This document shows, one piece after another, positions 56,427 to 64,000 of a stretch of 64,000 bases of DNA. Made by a program: the position numbers and the translations under genes. Numbering within the stretch: the first letter of the stretch is position 1; the number at the start of each line of letters is the position of its first letter. Under the pieces are notes generated by a model that was given only the letters and a program-made list of their open reading frames with translations, was not told the origin of the DNA and ran no database searches. This DNA comes from an uncultured Acidobacteriota bacterium (GTDB lineage: Bacteria > Acidobacteriota > Polarisedimenticolia > J045): NCBI GenBank assembly GCA_963702425.1, contig CAVPCQ010000012.1, forward strand, positions 32,001 to 96,000, given 5' to 3'.

Positions 56427-57449
56427 TCACGCAGGACGCTCACCGAAGAAGAAGTCCTCCATGCACCGGCCGAACGCTCCGCGGCTCCAGCTTCCGATGA
56501 CGAAGCGCGGCAGCCGCAGGGCGTCGCTGTCGGCTTGAAGCGGGCACGGGATCGTCGTGCAGGCGGCCGCGAACCCGAGTTCTCGGACAATCCGGTCCGT
56601 CGACTCGTTGAAGTCCCCGTACGGATGAGAGTGTGCCCGCACTGGGCCTCCAATGATCTCCTCAATCCGGTCGCGAGCCGCACTGATCTCTTCACGTTGA
56701 TCCTGTGGACTCAGTCGGGATAGTCTCGTGTGGGACACGGTGTGGCAGCCGATGTCGATCAGGTCACATGCGCTCAGTCTGCTGATCTCGTCAGCCGTCA
56801 TTGGACGGCGACCTTCGTCGACCTGGCGCCGATGATTCACCGAGGCGGCAAGACGCTCCATGACCGCCCCTCGCTCCGCACCGCGCATTGAGCTGAGTAG
56901 ACGGTGAATGTCGTCGTAGGCTCGCCGCCGATCTCTCCCAGAGCCGAGCGCCCACCGGTACTCACCGCCCTCGATGCGAAGCGCCAGACTCTCCGGCCCA
57001 CACCGGCTGTGCAGCAGGATGTCCTTCAGCTCTTCCCACCAGAATCCGAAGGTGTCTCCCGTATATCCACTCGCGACGAAGACCGTCGCAGGAACGCCGG
57101 CAGACTCGAGCATTGGAAGCGCCCGCGTCAAGTTATCGATGTAGCCGTCATCGAAGGTCACGGCGACGGCTCGATCCGGGAAGGACCCACGTTGCAAGCA
57201 ACTCACTAGGTCGAGCAACGAAATCGGCCGGCAGCTCTGTCGAATGTAGTCCAAGTGTTGCTCGAACTTGTTCGGTGAGACGCTGGTACCGTGGATGTCT
57301 CCGGCGGGCTCGGCCACACGGTGGTAGGAGAGAATGACGGCAGCGGGCTGCCGCCCACTCCAACGTCGGATCGGCCTCATCAATCGACGGGTCGTATTCC
57401 GGACGCGTCTGATCGTTCTCAAGAGTGCCTCGGATCGAGCGGAGATCAT
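56427..57449 (-). CDS. Polysaccharide deacetylase (CE4/NodB family)
   Basis: 'ILSYHRV', 'AVTFDDGY.DN', 'ATVFV', 'IGCHTVSHTRL', 'HPYG'. Start uncertain (57449 or 57533). Confidence 0.92.
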   Translation of the reverse strand: MISARSEALLRTIRRVRNTTRRLMRPIRRWSGRQPAAVILSYHRVAEPAGDIHGTSVSPNKFEQHLDYIRQSCRPISLLDLVSCLQRGSFPDRAVAVTFDDGYIDNLTRALPMLESAGVPATVFVASGYTGDTFGFWWEELKDILLHSRCGPESLALRIEGGEYRWALGSGRDRRRAYDDIHRLLSSMRGAERGAVMERLAASVNHRRQVDEGRRPMTADEISRLSACDLIDIGCHTVSHTRLSRLSPQDQREEISAARDRIEEIIGGPVRAHSHPYGDFNESTDRIVRELGFAAACTTIPCPLQADSDALRLPRFVIGSWSRGAFGRCMEDFFFGERPA

Positions 57450-57962
57450 ACCAGCACCGGCGAGTCCGTTGCGGTGCCCCGCTCCTGCCGCACCCATGCC
57501 TGTCGTCTCTCGCGGCCTTGGGACCCCGGACATTCCATGGGACAGATTGCCGCCAACGCGCGATCGGAACAGAGGGTGAGCCGTAGCGAGGAGTTACGCT
57601 GCAAGCTGGGCGTTGGGACCCACTTCACGGCCCGCCGTTACGCGTATCTGCGGATGAACACGGGCGCTGCCTGAGACCACCGCGCTGCCGGCTACGTCGA
57701 GGGCACGGCGGAGTTCACGGAACCGTAACGGCCCTTTCAGGACCGTACCGTTCCGGATCTGACGCCTGGGGCGCTGTGTGGGACTTCCCGCTGCACGGCT
57801 GGAACACCGGCCTCGCGGCCGACGGCGAGGACCACCGCTGCGACATCTTCCGGAAGGTGCCCAGCGCCGCCCGGGCCCACTCCGCTGCTGGCTTGGTCGA
57901 GGGCCGGGTGGAGGTCGCAGAACGGTCCCCCAGTTGCTACGGCTCTCCTGACCCGGAGCCAT

Positions 57963-57978
57963 TGGCATCACTTTTGCT
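57963..57978 (+). promoter_or_regulatory. Putative sigma54 (-24/-12) promoter
   Basis: TGGCATCACTTTTGCT matches TGGCAY-N5-TTGCW with correct GG-N10-GC spacing, about 80 nt upstream of the ATG at 58060. Confidence 0.7.
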
Positions 57979-58059
57979 TTCATCCATCGCGTCTCCAGGG
58001 CCCGACGGTCGAACCAACCGTGCTCACGGCGGCCCTAACCCGGCCTGAAAGAGGAAGCA

Positions 58060-60033
58060 ATGAGAGGTCGAAGCTCGTTCTCTCGTCGGAGGTCGCACCG
58101 CTCGATCGGTCTCGCGGTCGCAACCGCCTGCACGGCGATGATCGCGGCTTGGTGCGCAGACACGGCCAGTTCAATCGCGGAAACTCCGGGCCCAGGGTCA
58201 CCGATCCGGATCTTCCATCTTGCTTCAAGAACAGACTATTCGTCCGCGGAATGGTCCGTCTTGACTCAGAGGTCCAGCGCGGTCGTCGGCCTCGACAACC
58301 ACGGCTACGACTTCCCCGGAGCCTTGCCGCGATTCGTGCGGGAGGCCCCGAACACCCCGGCGTTCGCGTTCTCCGACTCGCTCGCGTTCAGTCCGGATTG
58401 GTGCGATGACCGATTCTCTGCGGTCGACGTCGACGAGGCGTCTTTCTTCCATTCCTCCGAGCCTGCCTCGATGGTCGCGCGGGCCGTCGCCTCCTCGAAA
58501 GTCGCGCTCTACTGGCACGCCGATAGTCGCGAGAGCCCGGAAGCACATGTCGGAAGTTGCGCCTACCGCGACTACTACAAGACCGTTGCCTACCTCCTGG
58601 AGTACTCATCGACACCGGGCGGTTCCTACCGGCTCCTGGCCGAGATTCCTGCTCACTCTCAGACGGCGGACCAGACCCCGATCTATTCGTGGACTTGCTC
58701 ATCTTGCAGTACGAGACGGTACTACCGCGTCCGCTCCCGCCTATCCGATGGAACGATCGTCCCCTACTCGTGGCCCGTTCGCCCCCAGAGCATGTTTCCG
58801 GCAATTTTCTATCTGGTGTTGCGCCCCGCCGGACCGGGTGTCGTCGAATTCGAGGCGCTCGTTCGCACAGACTCCCTGCTGCCTCCCAGCCAGTTCATCG
58901 TCGAGCGGCAGGCCCGCTACGAGAAGAGCGTGTTCTACCCGGTCGGCTCGGCCACTACGTACACGCCGATCTCCAGCAAGTTCGCAACATACTCGGGGAC
59001 CGTCGCGCTCGGCCGAAACTCCTATGTTCGTGTTCGCTTCGGAGCCGTCTCGTATCCGAATGGCAGCGATTCGATTCTCTATTCGGGGGGAACGAGCCGT
59101 CGCAACAACCGTTCGTTGACGAGGTATGGATCGATGGCCCTGCGTCCGACGAGCGTCATTCTGAGGGACGTACTTGCCGGCCGAGCGCGGGCCGTCGTCG
59201 ACCTTGGAGCAGACGGGCTCTTTCTGGACTTCGTTCACGATAACGTCGGGCGTCTCTACAACGGAGGAAACTCCGGGAACCTGATTGCCCCTGTCTCAAC
59301 CTCCGAGGAATCCGAGTTCGGACCCGGATACCGAGCCGCTGCAGAGGCCCTGCTCGACAATCTGCACCAGCAGGTCCCCGCGGCTTCGCGCCTGTTCAAC
59401 GGACTCTACGTCCCGACCACGACCCGGAGTGCGCGCGAGGCCTTCGTGCCGCGAACCGAAGGGATGTTTGTCGAATACTTCGCTTTCGACAATCTCGGAC
59501 GGAACCTCGATGACCGGATCCCCGAGGCCTTCGACGCCATCATCGCCCACTCCCATCGACCTCCGACGGACTTGAACGACACCTCGCGCGACAGGCTCTC
59601 TCTCCTGGCAACGAGAGGAAGTGCGAATGAGGTCGACAAGCGCCGGATCGGACTTGCCCTCTATCTCCTCGTTTCCCATCCGAACGTGATGTGGCAGTAC
59701 TCGACGGCCGATTACTACAGGGACGTCACGTGGCTTCCCGAGTTCAGCATTCCCCTCGGCCCGCCGCTGATCCCCGCCCTGAATGCCTACTCGGATTTGT
59801 ACTGGGGCCGGACGGACGCAATGCTCCGGCGCGCCTTCGAGAACGGCCTGATCATCTACAACCACAGCGACTCGTCGCATACGATCGACCTGGGGGAGCC
59901 GCTTTCCCCCGTTCTGCTCCAGCCTGGTCTCGACCCCATCCTCGGTGGGACTGGAAGCTACGGCGTCGGTATCCCCGTAAGCCGGATCGAGATCCCCTCC
60001 AAGGACGCGGTCATCTTGCTACGGAATCCCTGA
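58060..60033 (+). CDS. Secreted putative glycoside-hydrolase-like (TIM-barrel) protein with inserted beta-rich domains
   Basis: N-terminal signal-like segment; 'GADGLFLD', 'LFNG', 'EGMFVEYF', 'RRAFENGLIIYN' resemble uncharacterised GHL-type proteins; central FN3-like 'RYYRVRS' region. Confidence 0.6.
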   Translation: MRGRSSFSRRRSHRSIGLAVATACTAMIAAWCADTASSIAETPGPGSPIRIFHLASRTDYSSAEWSVLTQRSSAVVGLDNHGYDFPGALPRFVREAPNTPAFAFSDSLAFSPDWCDDRFSAVDVDEASFFHSSEPASMVARAVASSKVALYWHADSRESPEAHVGSCAYRDYYKTVAYLLEYSSTPGGSYRLLAEIPAHSQTADQTPIYSWTCSSCSTRRYYRVRSRLSDGTIVPYSWPVRPQSMFPAIFYLVLRPAGPGVVEFEALVRTDSLLPPSQFIVERQARYEKSVFYPVGSATTYTPISSKFATYSGTVALGRNSYVRVRFGAVSYPNGSDSILYSGGTSRRNNRSLTRYGSMALRPTSVILRDVLAGRARAVVDLGADGLFLDFVHDNVGRLYNGGNSGNLIAPVSTSEESEFGPGYRAAAEALLDNLHQQVPAASRLFNGLYVPTTTRSAREAFVPRTEGMFVEYFAFDNLGRNLDDRIPEAFDAIIAHSHRPPTDLNDTSRDRLSLLATRGSANEVDKRRIGLALYLLVSHPNVMWQYSTADYYRDVTWLPEFSIPLGPPLIPALNAYSDLYWGRTDAMLRRAFENGLIIYNHSDSSHTIDLGEPLSPVLLQPGLDPILGGTGSYGVGIPVSRIEIPSKDAVILLRNP

Positions 60034-61282
60034 CGGCGGCGTGCTCTGCGATCACCCGGCGGTAGAGGGCGAAAGTACGGTCCAGGTGGCAGGTCTGCGT
60101 GAAGCGCTCACGCTGCAATCGTAGTCCGGCCTGCCCGAGGCTCGCCCGCAGAGCGGGATCTCGGATCAGCCGCCGCATGGCCGCCGCCAGCGCGTCCGTG
60201 TCGCCGGGAGTCACCGCGTAACCGTTGACGCCGTCCCGCAGCCACTCGGTGACGCCCCCGGAATCGAAGGCGACGATCGGCCTACTGAACGACATGGCCT
60301 CGACACCGACCATCCCGAAGGACTCGGGCGCCAGCGAGGGGAGAACGACGAATCCGCAGGCTCGATAGTGCGACGCGAGGTCGTCGGCAGCGGCCTCACC
60401 CACGAACTGTACGCGCCCACCGAGCTCGCGGCGCTCCACGAGTTCTCGCGCCCGTCCACGCAACGGGCCGTCGCCGACGACGGTGGCCTGCCAGTTTTCC
60501 CCCGAGAGCCGGGCCAGCGCTTCGACCAGGCTCAGGATGCCCTTCTCCGCACTGAGGCGGCCGACGAACAGGATTCCAGGTGGCTCCTCTCCCTTCGACG
60601 CCGGGGCGACTGTCGCCTCGAAACGTGAGAACAGCGGTACGACACTGATCCGATCCGCGGCGATGCCGTTGACGACCAACACGCTCTTGAGGTAGGAACT
60701 CGGAACCACGATTGCCGGCATCTTCCTGTACATTCGCAGGTAAACCGGATGACTCAGGACACGAAGCACGTCGTCGCGCAGCCCCTCCACGTCACCAGGG
60801 CGGTGGCACCCGAATAGCACACATCCGAAGTCAAGTCGACGCGTACACTGCCGGCCGTCGGGGAGCAGCTTGGTGCGCCTGAAGCAAACCGGTGTGACGT
60901 CGTGGAACATCCACACGATCGGCCGCGCCGCATGCAAACGGCTCACGACGATCGGGTGCAATGTCGGGATCGAGTGCAGGTGGATGATGTCCGGCTTCTC
61001 TTGATCGACGATTCGCAGGAGTTGCGCTGATACCTCGGGGCGGTAACGGTAGCGGAAGGACTTCAGTAGGTAGGACCCATCGTGCCCGGTGGCTTCTTCT
61101 GTCGGGCCGCGTTTCAATCCCACGACGGCGATGTCGCAGCCCTGCTCGCGCTGCCCCGCGATCAGCTGGGACAGGTACACGGCGAGGCCGCCGCCGCGTG
61201 CGATACACAAGCCTCGAACCTCTCGCTCGGTGCCCTTCAGCACCAGCTCTTGGTCCTTGTCGTGAACGTGTAGGATCTTCAT
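60011..61282 (-). CDS. Glycosyltransferase family 4
   Basis: 'MKILHVH', 'LFVGRLSAEKG', 'PSLAPESFGMVGVEAMSFSRP'. Start set at ATG 61282. Confidence 0.92.
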   Translation of the reverse strand: MKILHVHDKDQELVLKGTEREVRGLCIARGGGLAVYLSQLIAGQREQGCDIAVVGLKRGPTEEATGHDGSYLLKSFRYRYRPEVSAQLLRIVDQEKPDIIHLHSIPTLHPIVVSRLHAARPIVWMFHDVTPVCFRRTKLLPDGRQCTRRLDFGCVLFGCHRPGDVEGLRDDVLRVLSHPVYLRMYRKMPAIVVPSSYLKSVLVVNGIAADRISVVPLFSRFEATVAPASKGEEPPGILFVGRLSAEKGILSLVEALARLSGENWQATVVGDGPLRGRARELVERRELGGRVQFVGEAAADDLASHYRACGFVVLPSLAPESFGMVGVEAMSFSRPIVAFDSGGVTEWLRDGVNGYAVTPGDTDALAAAMRRLIRDPALRASLGQAGLRLQRERFTQTCHLDRTFALYRRVIAEHAAVRDSVAR

Positions 61283-61499
61283 CGTCCCTTGGCGACCTTC
61301 TCCAGCACATGGAACAGCCACGGGTGTCGTGCGCCAGCGACTCCTGGGGTCTCCCTTCTCGCTTCCGGGTCCGTGCCCTGCAGAGACTTGGCATGCTCCG
61401 CGCATCCGTCGAGGCGGGAATCGCCTGGGAGGCTCTTCTCGCGCCGGACGACCGCGATTCCGAGCCCCTGCTGTCCACTCGCTGGCCTCAGCGGGCTCG

Positions 61500-61830
61500 C
61501 TCCCACGACCCTCCGCGGGAAGGCCTCACGATCCTCGGGCTCCGCGCGGCCCGAGGCTGGTCGCCAGCTCGGATCGCCGAGCGGTTCTTCGTCACCGGGC
61601 CCACGATCGCCTCCTGGGTGGCGCCTCTCGACCAGGTCGACTCCGGACGGCTTCCCGCCCACCGTCGCCCGCGATTCGAGCCCCGGGCCGGTTGGCCCCG
61701 CAATGCCGGCGGTGTGCGACCGCGGGCCCAGGTCCGCGGTCGGCATGGGCTGCGGCTCGCGCTCGAGGTCCTGGTCCTTGCCGGTCAGACGTACCTCCCC
61801 GTCGTCACGCCGACACGCGCGACTCGAGGC
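61500..61830 (+). mobile_element. Internally deleted transposase/DDE-integrase-like remnant
   Basis: HTH-like 'ILGLRAARGWSPARIAERFFVTGPTIASWV' joined directly to 'RPRFEPRAGWPR...LEV...GQTYLPVV'. These resemble the N- and C-terminal parts of a recalled integrase-core transposase family, with no catalytic core between them. Confidence 0.45.
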
Positions 61831-62187
61831 CGCCCGCGCCGCGCCGAGTCGCCACCGTGGCCGAACAGTGCCTTCCTGCATCCGCGTATGACACTCAAGG
61901 AGCAGTCGCCGCGGCTCGACCGCCGCACGGCGAAGCGTCGGTCCACCGGGAGAACTCCGCGACCGCGGAGGCGACCGCGAAGACCCCTACTCGCCGCGAT
62001 TCGATCGCGCCGGCGCCCTGCACCGATCAGGCGCGTCCTCCCCGGCTGGCTGGCTCGCCGGCCGGGGAGGACGCTGATCAACCCCGCGTCACGGGTCCGA
62101 CCGGGCGGAAGCCCGAACTCCGGTGGGTGGTCTACTTCTCCAGCTTCACAACGGGCTGCTTTTCCTGATCGTTGAGAGTTCAGCGCC

Positions 62188-64000
62188 TCACCAAGGTCCC
62201 TCAGCCCCGCACGCCGCGTTGTATGCCGCGACCTGGTAATACCACACATCTCCGACGTCGCCGGTCTGATCCACGTACTGCAAGCCCGCTGTGCCCGCGT
62301 CCACGTCTCCGACGTTCGACCCGATCAGGGTCCACGGTCCCGTCGGTGCGGAGGCGCGGTAGACGTTGTACCCGGTCACCGCCGCAGGCTGGTTCGGGTC
62401 CTGATAGGTGAGGACCGGCTTTCCGCCGATCAGGTTCACCCGCGAGATGTACAACTCCACGTCGGGATTCGTGCACGGCCCGCCCGACACGTTGATCAGG
62501 TCGGCCTCGCGCAGTCCGTTGCCGCTCATCGTGAACCACGGACTCCAGGGCACGAAGGGCGAGTTCACGGGGCTGTAGCGCACGCGTGCGCGCCAGACGT
62601 AAGGCTGGCGGTATGCGTTGAGGCTCACCGGCAGCTTGCGCGCGACGGGGGTGTCGTACCAGGTCGAATCGCTCTGGATCGGGGTCAGGTTGACCGAGAA
62701 ACCGTTGCCCCGCGGTGCGACCTGCCACTGCAGTTGGCGCCGCACGCGCCCCGCCGGGCTCTGGAGCGTCAGGCCGACAGCGAACTGCTGCCCGGACGCC
62801 GCCCCGCCGAGACTGATCGGAGTGGACAGATTGGCGCGCAACTGACGCGGCACGACGGCCACGCCGCCGAGCTCCGCTCCACCGAGGTACACGTACGCCT
62901 TCCCAGTGGTGTTGTCGTAGCGGTACGCCCCGATGACGACGTCCGCGTAGCCGTCGCCGTTGACGTCGCCCGCCGGCGCCACGGACGCGCCGAAGCGCTG
63001 GTTCGTACCCTCCCCGACCGCGGCCCACGACGGAACGGCCGACAGGCCGCTCGCCCCGCCGAGGTACAGGTGCGCCTTGCCCGTGCCACTCACGTTGCCA
63101 TACGCCCCGATGACGACATCCGAATAGCCGTCGCCGTTGACGTCGCCCGCGGACGCCAAAGAGTAGCCGAAGGCGTCGCTCGAAGCCTCCCCGGCCGCGG
63201 TCCACGAGGCGGACGCCGGCAGCCCGCTCGGCCCGCCGAGGTACAGGAACGCCTTGCCCGACCCGCGGCCGTCGGCCCCGATGAGGACATCCGAATAGCC
63301 GTCGCCGTTGACGTCCCCTGCGTTCGCCACAGAACGGGCGAAGGTGGTAGACGGAAGCTCCCCCGTCGCGGTCCACGACGGAGTTGCCGACAGGCCGCCC
63401 GCCAGGCCCAGGTACAGGTAGGCCCTGCCGTTGGCCACCGGGAACTCGGACTCCTCACCGGGGTACGCGTCGGCCCCGATCACGACGTCCGCATAGCCGT
63501 CCCCGTTGACGTCTCCTGCGCTTGCGACGGACCAGCCGAACTCGTCACTGAGCTGCTCCCCGAACCCGGACCACGCGGGTGTTGCGGACAGGCCACTCGC
63601 CCCGCCCAGGTACACGTCGGCCTTGCCCCGGTGAAGGGAGTACGCCATCGCCCCAACGACGAGGTCCGAGTAGCCATCCCCGTTGACGTCCCCAGCGCTC
63701 GCCACGGACCAGCCAAAACCGTCGCCGACACTCCCTGACTGGGTCCACGACGGGGTGGCACGCAGGCCGCTTGCCCCGCCCAGGTACACGTACACCTTCC
63801 CCCTGTCCAAGTAGCCGTACGCCCCGACGACGAGGTCCGAGTAGCCGTCCCCGTTGACGTCCCCCGCGGTCGCCGCGGACTCGCCGAAATTGTTGTTGGC
63901 AGCCTCCCCCAGCGCGGTCCACGACGCCGTGGTGGCCAGGCCGCTCGCCCCGCCCAGGTAGACGTACACCTTGCCCCTGGTCGTGGAGTAGCGGTACGCC
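62188..64000 (-). CDS. FG-GAP/integrin-alpha beta-propeller repeat protein with C-terminal FN3-like domain; 5' end beyond right edge
   Basis: Six copies of 'FG.SVA.AGDVNGDGY[SA]D...GA' at about 57-65 aa spacing; C-terminal 'VTGYNVYR...YVD...WYYQVAAYN'. Confidence 0.92.
   Translation of the reverse strand, partial: AYRYSTTRGKVYVYLGGASGLATTASWTALGEAANNNFGESAATAGDVNGDGYSDLVVGAYGYLDRGKVYVYLGGASGLRATPSWTQSGSVGDGFGWSVASAGDVNGDGYSDLVVGAMAYSLHRGKADVYLGGASGLSATPAWSGFGEQLSDEFGWSVASAGDVNGDGYADVVIGADAYPGEESEFPVANGRAYLYLGLAGGLSATPSWTATGELPSTTFARSVANAGDVNGDGYSDVLIGADGRGSGKAFLYLGGPSGLPASASWTAAGEASSDAFGYSLASAGDVNGDGYSDVVIGAYGNVSGTGKAHLYLGGASGLSAVPSWAAVGEGTNQRFGASVAPAGDVNGDGYADVVIGAYRYDNTTGKAYVYLGGAELGGVAVVPRQLRANLSTPISLGGAASGQQFAVGLTLQSPAGRVRRQLQWQVAPRGNGFSVNLTPIQSDSTWYDTPVARKLPVSLNAYRQPYVWRARVRYSPVNSPFVPWSPWFTMSGNGLREADLINVSGGPCTNPDVELYISRVNLIGGKPVLTYQDPNQPAAVTGYNVYRASAPTGPWTLIGSNVGDVDAGTAGLQYVDQTGDVGDVWYYQVAAYNAACGAEGPW

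Noticed and set aside
57550-57950. Coding-like fragments upstream of the sigma54 site
   Set aside because: Short broken frames with no family I can recognise.
62900-63900. Regularly spaced DNA repeats (gccgtcgccgttgacgtc) as a CRISPR array
   Set aside because: Spacing of ~170-195 nt, in frame, and encoding FG-GAP protein repeats; no cas genes.
1-64000. rRNA, tRNA, MbtH-like gene, dedicated drug exporter
   Set aside because: None recognised in the window; they may lie outside it.

Overview
High-GC bacterial DNA. A ~45 kb minus-strand run of tightly coupled genes (45418 to <1) encodes a four-protein hybrid NRPS/PKS assembly line with 8 amino-acid modules and 2 KS-AT-KR-ACP modules, but no terminal TE or reductase domain. 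It is followed directly by two atypical alpha/beta-hydrolase-fold proteins (GLRLG and GLCSG nucleophile elbows), a type II thioesterase, an Sfp-type PPTase and a Wzx-like flippase. The flippase is missing from the ORF track because it runs off the left edge. The other flank (46-61 kb) is a Wzx/Wzy-type polysaccharide locus: four GT4 glycosyltransferases, a nucleotidyltransferase-LbH-phosphoglycosyltransferase fusion, a Wzy/O-antigen-ligase-family protein, a Wzz/GumC-like protein, a CE4 deacetylase and a secreted putative glycoside hydrolase behind a sigma54-type promoter. Manually read A-domain codes give Thr-Ile(MT, possibly inactive)-Gly-X(MT,E)-Pro-Asn-[PKS]-Asp(E)-Ile-[PKS], i.e. a peptide with two statine-type units. 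Main hypothesis (inference): the peptide-polyketide is transferred onto a surface polysaccharide rather than released as a free metabolite. Also present: internal module duplications, three small decayed remnants (A-domain, IS630-like, DDE-integrase-like) and a truncated FG-GAP repeat protein. All family assignments come from motif recognition by eye, not database searches.
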